NCBI GenBank assembly: GCA_964016885.1
Contig: OZ024763.1
Span: 13,082,001-13,146,000 of the forward strand
Reading direction: 5' to 3'
Origin: Eledone cirrhosa
Taxonomy: Eukaryota
DNA: 64,000 nucleotides
Shown: one piece after another, positions 12,520-28,989 of the stretch
Layout of the letters: each line of letters begins with the position of its first letter
How positions within the stretch are numbered: the first letter of the stretch is position 1
Program-made: the position numbers and the translations under genes
Notes under the pieces: generated by a model
What the model was told of the DNA's origin: nothing
Database searches by the model: none
Seen by the model: only the letters and a program-made list of their open reading frames with translations

Positions 12520-12520
<1 letters not shown>
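11993..12520 (+). mobile_element. RTE family 2 3' fragment with UTR and tail
   Basis: ERRLRWYGHVMRM..GRPKMTW, then UTR module and (GAT)n tail. Confidence 0.88.
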
Positions 12521-16720
<4,200 letters not shown>

Positions 16721-16925
16721 CAGATGCTAGACAAAAATCAATTCACAAGAGACAAACAAATGAAACTTTAATGGATGAAGAATTTCCAACTTTCTGTATT
16801 GTAGAAAATAAATATACGTAAAGTAGACAAGACAAAACCATTTTCTCATTCCTACCCCCCCCCCCCCACGCTACACCCCCCTCCACTGCCCCACCCCACC
16901 CCCTGCTTCCCACCAATCTACATAC

Positions 16926-17068
16926 CTGCCAAACTATGCAACTATGTATATTTCCGGGTGTTCGGGGGGGCATTACAGGGATGACAGCCTCCACAAATAA
17001 GGTAGGACTGACGAACTGGAGAGGGTGGCGTGGAATGGTGGTGGTGGTGGTGGTGGTGTTTATTTTGG
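16926..17068 (-). other. Candidate exon (unverified)
   Basis: Acceptor ttcattctactccAG and donor CAG|GTATGT; one open frame; no recognisable protein. Confidence 0.2.
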
Positions 17069-17097
17069 CTGGAGTAGAATGAAATAGTAGATGAGTG

Positions 17098-17133
<36 letters not shown>

Positions 17134-17168
17134 TATATGTGCATATATGTAAATATATATATATATAT

Positions 17169-17514
17169 CATCATTCATCATCATTTCATTTTACGTTCGC
17201 TTTTTCCCTGCTTGCAAGGGTGGGACGGGAACTGATTCTGGCTTGATTTCTACAGCTGGATGCCCTTCCTAACACCAACCTCATTTACAGTGAGTGCTGG
17301 GTGCTTTTATTGCCGTGGCACCTCCACGACCACTTTGCAGTGGAATGATAGGGACCCCAGTCCCTATCATCTCATTTCTACAGCTGAGTAAACTGGAGCA
17401 ATGTGAAATAAAGTGTCTTGCTCAAGGAAACAACACATCACCTGGTCTGAGAATTGAACTCACAACCTTTCGATTGCAAGTCCAATGCTCTAACCACTAA
17501 GCCATGTGCCTCCA
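17169..17514 (-). mobile_element. tRNA-CORE SINE (full length)
   Basis: Reverse complement of the 8709-9050 family. Confidence 0.9.
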
Positions 17515-17561
17515 TATATATATATACACACATATGTGCATGTATATATATATATATATAT

Positions 17562-17731
17562 ACCATATTTCGCGGTGCCAAAGACGCTTCGCTCTCAAGG
17601 ACCCACCCAAATTTTGACAACCAAAAATTTGAAAAAAAAATATTAAACAACCTTCGGCCTCCAGGACCCATGGCAGATTTTTGAGACTTATTTTTAAGAA
17701 AAAAGTAGCGTTTCAATGCCGGGAAATACTG
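17562..17731. mobile_element. Tc2/pogo-like MITE
   Basis: TA-flanked imperfect TIRs ccatatttcgcgg / ccgggaaatactg. Confidence 0.55.
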
Positions 17732-17763
<32 letters not shown>

Positions 17764-17899
17764 CGTAGGTCCCGGGTTGAGTCGGGGATAACCGCAGTAA
17801 GTAAGGTACTCAATACATGGCAGAGTAAAATTTTTTTATTTTATAGAAGGAGCTCCTTCTATAAAATAAAAAAAAAAAAAATATATATATATATAAAAA

Positions 17900-18273
17900 A
17901 TAAAATAAAATAAACAAGTCAAATGTTTAAAATTTGGCTTCGTTTATTACTGCTATATATATTTCGGTGACAGCCATCTTTGGCTGTGACCTCTTCAGGC
18001 AGTCCGAATTAGTGTGGTAGAGAAGAGTACACATGTTGTTGAGGTGTATAACTTTGTCAATACTCTGATATGACCAGTTCCTGGTTGGGTTGTTATATGA
18101 TTGTCAACGAAATATATATAGCAGTAATAAACAAAGCCAAATTTTAAACATTTGACTTATTTATTTTATTTTATTTTACATTACTCCGGAGTAACCAAAC
18201 CAACCTGCGCACTTTGTCGAATGCTCCAATCTGCATACTGAGGTGTTGGTATACAACCAACATATACTCAAAA
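17900..18273. mobile_element. Penelope-like remnant with inverted terminal duplication
   Basis: Inverted arms at about 17900-17971 and 18102-18177; the left arm continues into a full hammerhead, the right arm carries only its 3' half. Confidence 0.65.
17949..18003 (-). ncRNA. Type I minimal hammerhead ribozyme
   Basis: Minus strand: actgc CTGAAGA ggtcacagcc aaagat ggctgtcacc GAAA tatata TA gcagt AATAAA. Confidence 0.85.
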
Positions 18274-18339
18274 TATATATATACATATAAATATATATAT
18301 AAATCAAGAAAGAAGAGTGACATGGTTTGCTATTCACTT

Positions 18340-18447
18340 TGCTGACAATTGTTTCTCTGAACTGGTAGGTCTAGAGATCGCTACCCGCTTGTTTTTGCGT
18401 CAATCGATCACCAATACTGTTTTATAACCAGTCAATTCATCAGAGCA
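18340..18447 (-). ncRNA. Hammerhead ribozyme with long stem II
   Basis: Minus strand: tgct CTGATGA attgactggt..accagttcaga GAAA caattg TC agca. Confidence 0.65.
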
Positions 18448-18649
18448 TGCGAGAATGAAGGGAATACACAGGCATGGCTTCTATATAGAGTAGTGCCACT
18501 AAATCAGAACAGTAACAACAATACTAACAATACTAACAATACTACAATAAATTAGCTAGACCGTAAATAGTTAAAATAATCACAACATCAATCTAAGAAA
18601 GACATAGAGTATACTGATGACTTTAGCATGTAAAACGAGCTGATACGAA

Positions 18650-18717
<68 letters not shown>

Positions 18718-19256
18718 GCATGTGTACATATAAATATATATATCCAAAATTAAATTAAGGGTGTCATGTCTGAGAGACATGCGCCATATCCACTGTAGAA
18801 TAAGCTCAAAGATTCCAATGAATAGATCCGAGCATTTTATATCAACTAGAAATTGATTGACACATATATATATATATATATATATAATAGAATAATCGAG
18901 TATCGGAAAATCAGCTCACGAATTAATGATAAACAATATCCGATATGAGTGGCAGAGGGCTTAATAATTTGGATAAACCAGAGCTATAACTATCGTTAAA
19001 TTACCAACACACAGAGATTATGCCTAAAATCACCCGTGCAGCCGAAAAAGAACGACCAGGAAGATTCGGGTCACTCAAATAAAATATCAATAAATCAATA
19101 ATTTAAATGAATGTAAAAAACTTACCCGGACCCGCTAGAAGGGTGTTAAATCTAGCTTCTTGGGTTTCTGCAATTCCTTAATCCGTTCACTATCAGCCCA
19201 CATAAAAATATATAAGACCTCTAGGGAAGGACTGGACCGGAAGAGCTTTATCATTT

Positions 19257-19496
19257 ATATATAAAATAAACATCAAACAATCACAGGGGATAATTTGTAA
19301 AGTGTGTAAGCACACATAGCTATGTAGGTAACTAATTAAAGTTTAACTAGAACTTCAAATATAGATACCTTTTAAAATGATTAGGTATCTATATTTGAAG
19401 TTCTAGTTAAACTTTAATTAGTTACCTATCTAGCTGTGTGTGCTTACACACTTTACAAATTATTCCCTGTGATTGTTTCATGTTTATTTTATATAT
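19257..19496. repeat. Long fold-back inverted repeat (about 113-bp arms, 12-nt spacer)
   Basis: 19257-19370 is the near-perfect reverse complement of 19383-19496. Confidence 0.9.
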
Positions 19497-19588
19497 ATAT
19501 ATGTCAATCAATTTCTAGTTGATATAAATATATATATACATATAATTATATATATATGTATATATATATATATATATGTACATATATA

Positions 19589-19925
19589 CTGTATTTGATG
19601 GCTTATAAGACGCACCTCTATTTGGACAGGCAATAAAAATAAATAAATGAGTTTAAACTACAAATGTCAGGTGAAGGTATAAAGTTTGTACATCGTATTT
19701 TTTATTACCCCTCTGCATCATAATTCTAATTGTAATATTTAGTATATTTTTAAAACATATGGAAGTGTGAAATAAATTTACTTTATTCTCTACATGATAT
19801 TTTTTGTTGAAATATTTATTACATTTTAAAAATGAAAGTGAAAATATATTTATTTTATACATTATAAAATTTATTCAGGGGGGGGCAAAAAAAAAAAAGT
19901 GCTACTTATAAGCCATCAGATATAG
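19589..19925. mobile_element. Tc2/pogo-like MITE
   Basis: TA-flanked TIRs ctgtatttgatggcttataag / cttataagccatcagatatag. Confidence 0.7.
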
Positions 19926-19934
19926 TATATATAT

Positions 19935-20295
19935 ATCATCATTCCATGTTTCCTTGGGTTAGACAGGTTATCATGTTATGAGACAAGTCAGGTTAGGTGA
20001 CCACATCTTGCTCATAGGTATCTGCATGTTGTCTTGGTTTCTACAGCTGGACGCCCTTTCTAACACCAAGCACATTACTGTGTGGCCTGGGTACTTTTTA
20101 TTACGGCACAAAAATGACCATTATACAGGGTGGACTGGGTGATTTTTGTCATGTCACCAGCATAACCACTTTACAGGGTGGAATGGGTGCTTTTTGCATG
20201 TCACCAGCCCGACCATTATACAGGGTGGACTGGATGCTTTTTGTCATGTCACCAGAATGACCAGAATGACACTTTACAGGATGGACTTAATGCTT
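19935..20295 (-). mobile_element. Degenerate non-autonomous RTE-derived repeat with tandem UTR modules
   Basis: Matches ctacagctggatgcccttcctaacacc and reiterated ctgggtgctttt modules. Confidence 0.65.
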
Positions 20296-20630
20296 TATAG
20301 ATATAATATATATATATATATATATATATACATATCTAAAAATTTGTTATGACTACATATGATCATATGATTCAATTTAATAATCAAATATTATCGATCC
20401 AAGACTGATATGTAATACATACGATGAAACACGTGTAAATGTTATGCAATAAATGTTATTCCCACCCATCTGGATTGTGATGTTTTAAATAATAACTTTG
20501 TAAATCTCTCTGACAGAAAACGACAGACAAAAATGTGAACTTCTCTCTATATATATGTAGGTAACCCATGTTATTTTCCCTCCATATTCTTATCATACTT
20601 ATAAACATGCAATTTAAATTCATTATACAC

Positions 20631-20682
20631 TTCCGTCGCATGAAGAAGCCCATAAGCTGAAACTGGTACAAATAATGCGGAA
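20631..20682 (+). ncRNA. Degenerate hammerhead (C3 mutated)
   Basis: ttccgtcgc aTGAAGA agc-ccataa-gct GAAA ctggtacaaa TA atgcggaa. Confidence 0.4.
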
Positions 20683-20764
20683 ATTACTATTTTGTAAATA
20701 AATGTTTTGATATTATTCTGAGAGAAAATTCCTTTAGTATTTTCTACTGTTTTTTCTTTTTTAC

Positions 20765-20810
<46 letters not shown>

Positions 20811-20814
<4 letters not shown>

Positions 20815-21155
20815 TCATCATCATCATAATCATCGTTTAACGTCCATCTTCCACGCATGCATGGGTTTGGACGGGAGTTTTCCCACTTGAGGCAAGAGTG
20901 GTTGTCTTGATCGCATAGGACTAGGACTGTCTGGCGGGTTTTCTACGGCTGGATGCCCTAGTCCACGCTGTAATGTGGCCGTGTAGGTAACATGGTAAAA
21001 ACCTCCCAGTCCACACTGTGTTAGGAAGGGCATCCAGCCATAGAAAACCTGCCAGACAGTCCTATACGAGCGAGACAACCAATCTCAAGTGGGACAATTT
21101 CCGTCTAAACCCATGCTAGTGTGGAAGATAGACGTTAAACGATGATGATGATGAT
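20811..21155. mobile_element. Two RTE-tail fragments in opposite orientation
   Basis: (ATC)n tail at left, (GAT)n tail at right, shared ggatgccc module. Confidence 0.7.
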
Positions 21156-21160
21156 ATATA

Positions 21161-21525
21161 TCATCATCATCATCACCGTTTTACATCCGTTCTTTCACAC
21201 TAGCATGGGTTAGACGAGTTGTCCTGTTGTGGGCAGTGTACAGTCAGCTGACCTTGTCTTGCTCATACGGGAACTGATTCTGGCTTGATTTCTACAGCTG
21301 GATGCCCTTCCTAACAGAAATCTCATTTACAGTGAGTGCTGGATGCTTTTTTGCCGTGGCACCTCCACGACCACTTTGCAGTGGAATGATAGGGACCCCA
21401 GTCCTATCATCACATTTCTACAGCTGAGTAAACTGGAGCAATGTGAAATAAAGTGTCTTGCTCAAGGAAACAACACATCACCCGGTCTGAGAATTGAACT
21501 CACAACCTTTCGATTGCAAGGCCAA
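21161..21525 (-). mobile_element. tRNA-CORE SINE, alternative tail type, 5' clipped
   Basis: SINE body with ccatgctagtgtg..aaaacggtgatg tail. Confidence 0.85.
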
Positions 21526-22242
21526 TACATCTAAAAACACAAACACACTCACACCAACACATACACAAGCACATAGAAAAAGACACACACAAACACACAC
21601 ACGCATATACAGAAACACACATACAGAAACACACACATATACAGGTACACAATTTACATACTCTCATATACAGACACACATATACACACAAGCACTCATA
21701 TGCAGAAACACACTCACACACACACCTACAGAACACTGACAAAGTCTCTATGATGTCATCCAGTAAGAGGCATGTCTTGTACTATTCCTAAAACACCGAA
21801 CTACAGAAGTTTGGCAAAGTTCCTTTACCCCTACACCACCTCGCCCCACACCTCCCCCTTCCCTACACACACACACTGTGCTAGATGAAAGGGCTTATGC
21901 ACTCATACTGATCTGATTCAACAATTAGGAAGACCTCTCTACAGTCATTCAACTTGCTAGAAAGAGCAACCTAGTTCTGATCTCCTACACACACACTGTG
22001 CCAAATGAAAGGACTTACACACCTATACTGATCTGATTCAACAAATATATATATATATATAACCACTGGTAAATGAAATAATTATCTTATGTTGTTTATT
22101 ACATAACTAATAAGCTCTGTAACCTACATAGAGCACTCTTTTTTCCTGGACCTTTCCGATGGAATTACTTCACTACTCTGTGTTGTGGGGCAGTAATGTG
22201 TGTTGTGAGGCAGTAGTATGTGTTGTGGTGCAGTAGTGTGTG

Positions 22243-22275
<33 letters not shown>

Positions 22276-22277
22276 GT

Positions 22278-22530
22278 TAGGTAATTCCGAAGGAAAAGCA
22301 AAGGAAAAAAGAGTGCTCTATGTATAGAACAGAGCTATTTAATTAAAAATTGAACAACACAAAATATAACTACTCCTCCAATACCAAAGGTGTCTGGATC
22401 GGTCGTCAGACAGAGATGTTATAGATAAAAGATATGAAATGAGATTTAAAATTATTATCGTCTGTGATCCAGAAACCTTTGGTAATGGAGTAGTTATATT
22501 TTATGTTATTCAATTTCTAATCAAATATAT
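22278..22530 (-). mobile_element. Penelope-like remnant (family D) with degenerate hammerhead and fold-back
   Basis: Minus strand: ctctgt CTGACGA..GAcA cctttgg TA; the inverted copy has GAAA cctttgg TA. Relatives at 22061-22170 and 46725-46930. Confidence 0.5.
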
Positions 22531-22849
22531 ATATATATATATATGGAGGAAGTTATAGTTCACTTGAGGCATTGTGTAATGAGGTATAAACGTTTGTATT
22601 TGTAAAGCCAAAACAATGCAGGTATGGACATAGAATATGAATGCAAATGCAAAAGATATTGTTGACAATTAGTCTTTTACCTTAAATTTATTTAAATGTC
22701 CTAAAAATCATCTTAAAATATTCCCAATCTTTGCTCTCAAATACAGGAAGTCCTCAACCAATTCTAGCGGCTTCCCGCCTACATTAGTGATCCCCTCTGG
22801 CCTCTCAACATTCTCTACCAGATATTTTGTTTAGTCTCATTCATTCTCA

Positions 22850-23260
22850 GTGGTTGAGAGGAAGAGCAAAGCCTGGGCGGCGTGCCACACCTTGAGATCG
22901 GTGTGGAAGTCGGACCTTCGTAAAGATCTGAAGGTCTGCCTCTTCATTGCTGTGGTGGAGTCTGTGCTGCTGTACGGGTCTGAGACTTGGGCACTGACCA
23001 AGAAACTCACTCAGATGGTGGATGGGTGCTACACGAGAATGCTGAGGATGGCTCTGAACATTAATCAGTATACACTGAGGATGAAAAACTCAGAGCTGTA
23101 TGGGAGCCTCCCAAGAGTCAGCTCAAAAGTGACTGAGGTTAGCTGGACATGCTCACCGACATCCAGAGTTGACATTGCACTCAGTGCTCCTGTGGGAGCC
23201 CCTGCATGGACACACTGGAAGAGGAAGACCGAGGTTAACGTATGTTGATGCCCTAAGGAC
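22850..23260 (+). mobile_element. RTE family 3 RT C-terminal fragment
   Basis: VESVLLYGSETWALTK..DGCYTRMLRMAL..LLWEP.HG..RGRP. Confidence 0.88.
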
Positions 23261-23502
23261 GCACGTTTTGCCACTGATCAGCTCAAGGTTCGATCTGTAT
23301 CGATCTTACCCGATCGAACCTTGAGCTGATCAGTGGCGAAACGCGCGTCACCAACCAATAAATGTAATGAAGGAGTAACCAATCGTCTTTGTTACCCTTT
23401 CAATATATTCCACTCTGTCTAGCTCTACACCTCAACACTGAAGTGAACCTAAACATCGAGTGCTCACCCGAGTGAACCTATGGTAACTCCAAGTTACACT
23501 CC

Positions 23503-23503
<1 letters not shown>
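23258..23503 (+). mobile_element. Penelope-like remnant: half hammerhead in 38-bp fold-back, then AATAAA
   Basis: Arms 23258-23295/23312-23349; GAAA cgcgcg TC accaacc AATAAA. Confidence 0.6.
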
Positions 23504-23541
<38 letters not shown>

Positions 23542-23749
23542 ATATATTATATATATATAGAGAGAGAGATGTATATATTTATGTATATGTGCATCTATCT
23601 GTTTATATATATATATATATGTGTGAGTGTGTGTGTTCCTGTAGAGGGTGAGTGAAGTATAAAATGTAAAAAACAAACTATGAGAAAGGAGGGGGCTGGG
23701 ATCATAAAATATGACTACAGTGTAGAATATAGATGGGGGGGGGGGGTGT

Positions 23750-24210
23750 CATGGTATGGTGGTGTTGGTGGTTGTTGTGGCAGTGATGGTGGGTGATTGC
23801 AGTGGTGGTGGTGTTGGTGATTGTTGTGGTGGTGGTGATGGTGGTGGTGATTGTTGTGGTGGTGGTGATGGTGGTGGTGATTGTTGTGGTGGTGGTGATG
23901 GTGGTGGTGATTGTTGTGGTGGTGGTGATGGTGATTGTTGTGGTGGTTGCGATGGTGGTGATTGTTGTTGTGGTGGTGGTATTGGTGATGGTGATAGTAG
24001 TGGTGGTGGCAGTTCTGTTGTTGATGGTGTTGGTGGTAGTGGTGGTGTTGTTGTTGATGATGGTGTTGGTAGTGGTGGTGGTGGTGGTGGTGGTAGTAGG
24101 GATGCTGTTATTGTGGTTGTGATGGTGGCGTTGGTAGTGGTAGAGGTGGTAGTAGTGATGCTGGTATTGCTGTTATTGTTGATGTTAGTGGAGGTGGAGG
24201 TGGTGGGGAG
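23750..24210. repeat. (GGT/GAT/GTT)n low-complexity repeat
   Basis: Directly visible. Confidence 0.9.
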
Positions 24211-24547
24211 GAGCTTTGGTGGTGTACAAGGAAGAAAGAGATTTTTGGCAATAACCACACAAAAGATCAGGTAACCAATCTCCATAGCAACGGTGCCACT
24301 GCTGCCAAAGATGAGCAGGAATCACTAATTTTAGCCCACCTGACTACAAAACACAATATCCAAGTTTATATATATATATATATATATACACATACACACA
24401 CGTATATATATATACATAGACATATTTATATACATATATATATATAAACTTGGATATTATATAATATATATATATATATACACACACATATATATATACA
24501 TAGACATATATATATATATATACATCCACCTGACTACAAAACACAAT

Positions 24548-24596
<49 letters not shown>

Positions 24597-24916
24597 TTCT
24601 GAGAAGGGAATGGTATAGACATTTGGATGTAAAAAAAAGACAGGGAATAGTCTTGCATGTGTGTGTATGTGTACATGTTTGTGTGTGTATATATGCATGT
24701 GTGTGTGTATGTGAGCATGCGTGTGTTTAATTCATCAGCCACCTGCTTGGTGGGCAACATTGTGAAAAAAAGTTAAATTTAACAAATATTACGTAAATCT
24801 ATAGGGAGATATGTGTGTCTGCACAGACATATCTCCTTATATATATATAAAAGCCATCAAATATATATATTTATATATACACACAGAAATTTCTTCCTAT
24901 ATATATATATACATAT

Positions 24917-25108
24917 ATAACGATGGAGGTATGGTAAGGAACCAGATGGACCATAACGCACCAGAGTACTCAATACTTAGGGTAGTAGAGTGGGTAATAG
25001 AAAAATGTTTGACCCCGACGGCAGAACTAAAGCCGTTTCGACGTCTATTTCAGTCCAGGAATAGCCGTCGAAACGGCTTGAGCTCTGGTGTCGGGGTCAA
25101 ACATTTTC

Positions 25109-25112
<4 letters not shown>
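24917..25112 (-). mobile_element. Penelope-like remnant (family E): half hammerhead with fold-back
   Basis: Minus strand: GAAA cggc..gccg TC ggggtc; same family as 47529-47740, 51055-51235 and 43795-43902. Confidence 0.6.
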
Positions 25113-25145
<33 letters not shown>

Positions 25146-25234
25146 AATTTCTTCCTATATATATAGGAACTTCATCCGTTCCCATGTCGATTCAATTTGG
25201 ATTGCCTTGGAAACATAACCTTATTATGTAACAA

Positions 25235-25308
25235 GCTGTCTGATGATGTCACGACACTCGCACACAGAACAGTGTGGCCAGTGTCGTCATTGAAATATAT
25301 ATCACACC
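25235..25308 (+). ncRNA. Type I minimal hammerhead ribozyme
   Basis: gctgt CTGATGA tgtcacgacact..agtgtcgtcatt GAAA tatata TC acacc. Confidence 0.8.
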
Positions 25309-25568
25309 ATTATTATTAAAGGACTTGAACATCTGAAACTACTTCGCTTTTCCTTATTCTATATATATATATATAAGGATTAGAATACTGGAGCGTGTTT
25401 GAGTCAAACACCCTCTTCGTATTATAGAAATGACAGTAAAAGGTATATATATATATATATATACACACACAGACACATTTCTTCCTATCTATCTATATAT
25501 CTATATATATATTTTAGTAATATATCTAAGGTGTAGATCACACAATCTATAGGAAGAGTCTTAATATA

Positions 25569-25790
25569 CAGTGTACCCCACCCCCCGGCGTTCACTGTTC
25601 CGACATTTACAGTCCTGGTTATTCACGGAATTTTCCTTAGAACCTAACAAATAATTGTCCGTGAAAACCACCGTATTTTCGCGGAATCGTAAATATCTTG
25701 CGCAAGTTTTTTAATGGTTTTTTTACGTGACAATATAAATTTTTTTAACGCTAAATTATTAATAACAATAAGACGATCCCTCGTTTTTTT
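25569..25790 (+). mobile_element. Possible Tigger/pogo-like left end
   Basis: TA-CAGTGTACCCC terminus and ttcgcgg-type subterminal motifs; no right TIR seen. Confidence 0.35.
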
Positions 25791-26587
25791 TATAATTATA
25801 TTTTACATTTATAGATGTGTAAATTTTCAACAAAAATTGACTAAGTTTTAAATAAAAATTGACTAAATTTTCAACAAAAATTGGCGTGTGTCAATATATA
25901 TATGTGTGTGTATATATATATATATACACATATATATATATATTGACACACACACACCTATAAATGTAAAAATATAATGTAAAATATACTTAGTGTCTTT
26001 CAATAACCTTTCAGTTTCAGCTTGGCATAAGCTTAGTGCTGTGATGGCGATGAATTTGTTTTACAAGGTTTTTGATATGAGACCATGTGTTGAAAATACG
26101 ACCCTCCCCAAATATAACACACACACATATATATATATATAATTATATATATACATACATACATACAGCAGACATTACATGCAGTTACGTAGGACAAGCA
26201 GACAGCTGAATCTTTACGACGTCAGCCACATCTTTACGACGTCAGCCACATTGCTGGCAGTGCGGTTTCATGCATTAAGGTTGCACTGCACTGCACTGGT
26301 AATGTGAGCTTGTGTAACACATTGGGGAAACACCCCCCCCTGGTGGGAAAGATGCAGAGGAGACATTAACAAAACAGAGAAAAGACAGCAGGATTTACAG
26401 GTGACTTTCGATGAAAAAGTGATGAATACTGAATAAATTACGACTAGAAGAACGAAAAACAAACACCCAGGAAGTGTATATGTGTGTGCAGCATTACACT
26501 CTAAGACACACACAGAGTTGGAAACCGGAGGTAGCAACATTTCTGCGTTGAAGATAATAACTATACACATACAACCGATATATATAT

Positions 26588-26644
<57 letters not shown>

Positions 26645-26744
26645 TGAAAAATGAGAAGAATGACTTCATCAACCACCAGGGAAGTCATTGTTCTTTTCTT
26701 TCAGAAATATTTTACTGTACCGAGGAATCTCTTTTATTTTCCAC

Positions 26745-26815
<71 letters not shown>

Positions 26816-26915
26816 TTATATATTGTAGCGAAAATTAGGCGTAAAAATACAAGGGTGTGGAGCACTCCGTGCGAGGAAATTGTTGACTATAATCTGTTCA
26901 CAACAGTGGCATTAT

Positions 26916-26964
26916 CCAGATACTTAAGTTTCGTAGGATTTAAACACTAACTCATTCAGTCTGA
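26916..26964 (-). ncRNA. Hammerhead variant with one extra core nucleotide
   Basis: Minus strand: tcaga CTGAATGA gttag..ctac GAAA cttaag TA tctgg. Confidence 0.6.
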
Positions 26965-27012
26965 GATATTGTTATATGTTATGGAGTTACTATATATATA
27001 TATATGTAAAAG

Positions 27013-27055
<43 letters not shown>

Positions 27056-27222
27056 TTTGATATAGAAATGGCTTGTACAGAACTAGAACTGTTTCATTCG
27101 AAAGAAATATATATATATATATGATGAAATACCAATGATGGTTGGAAAATCACTGACGAAGGACTATTTTTATCATATGTAACCCATGTGCAAACCACGC
27201 AGTATTCTTCTTTCTTCTCATG

Positions 27223-27316
<94 letters not shown>

Positions 27317-27390
27317 TTGTGTGTGTAAAATGCAAACAGAAATAACAAAACAAACAACACAGTACAATGAAAAAAATACACATATATATA

Positions 27391-27730
27391 TCATCATCAT
27401 CATTTTACGTCCGCTTTTCCCTGCTTGCAAGGGTGGGATGGGAACTAATTCTGGCTTGATTTCTACAGCTGGATGCCCTTCCTAACACCAACCTCATTTA
27501 CAGTGAGTGCTGGGTGCTTTTTTTCCATGGCGCCTACACATCCACTTTACAGTATGGGCTGGGTGCTTTTTTGCCATGGCACCTCCACGACCACTTTGCA
27601 GTGGAATGATAGGGACCCCAGTCCTATCATCTCATTTCTACAGCTGAGCAAACTGGAGCAATGTGAAATAAAGTGTCTTGCTCAAGGAAAAATCACAAGA
27701 CACTTTATTTCACATTGCTCCAGTTTACTC
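27391..27730 (-). mobile_element. 5'-truncated tRNA-CORE SINE ending in a fold-back inversion
   Basis: SINE body; 27696-27730 is an inverted copy of 27646-27680. Confidence 0.88.
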
Positions 27731-28140
27731 ATATATATATATATATATAACATTTCCTGGATATTTGTTGTTATTTTCTGTCAGATTTCTACACATTGTG
27801 TATGTATTGAGTACCAAATACTTTCAAAGTCGATTTAATGAGACACAGAGTTCTTTCTGTCTCCCACTGAGTGTTGATTGGGCCATTCCAGATTTATCGA
27901 CTCGTGCGGCATACATCCAATGATGATGATGATGATACATGCCTACTTTATATACACACATATATATATATACACACACACACATGCACATATGTATATA
28001 TAAACATATGTACATATATAACACTCTACTTTCCCAAGTATTCAGTACTTAGCTAAACAATTGCCATACTAGTCTAAACAGGTAACTCCCAATATATGTT
28101 TATATATATATATATATATATATAAATATATATATATGTT

Positions 28141-28177
<37 letters not shown>

Positions 28178-28201
28178 GTTTATATATATATATGTTTATA
28201 C

Positions 28202-28253
<52 letters not shown>

Positions 28254-28261
28254 GTTTATAC

Positions 28262-28367
<106 letters not shown>

Positions 28368-28406
28368 GTTTATATATATATATGTTTATATATATATATA
28401 TATGTT

Positions 28407-28456
<50 letters not shown>

Positions 28457-28727
28457 TTTATATATATATACACATACATATACATATATATATATGTGTG
28501 TGTGTGTGGGTAGATATATATATATATACACATATATATATATACATATATATACACACACATACACATATATATATATAGATATATATATATATGCATA
28601 CACATGCATATACATGTGTGCACACACCTATATATATGTATATGCACACACACACACATACTATATATATACATATAAATGTATATATATATGTATATAT
28701 GTATATATATACACATATATATGTACA

Positions 28728-28789
<62 letters not shown>

Positions 28790-28989
28790 GATACATACAC
28801 ACACACAAACACAAATACACACAAACAAACATCCATACACACACAGACACAATAAAATTGGATATTTTCCTCACTAAATCTTAAATCTTATCGGCTCTTT
28901 GGCAAACACCTACCATCTATGTACTACCATTTTATATTTTATATTTTCAAATCTAGAACATATTATTGCTTCATTTTCCCTCATCCTGA

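Noticed and set aside
18615-18660. CTGATGA..GAAG hammerhead candidate (also CTGACGA at about 27153 and GAAA cacgtg TA at about 20426)
   Set aside because: Core incomplete or stems unsupported; at most decayed relics.
24270-24295. RFX X-box-like tctccatagcaac
   Set aside because: Only one good half-site and no promoter context.
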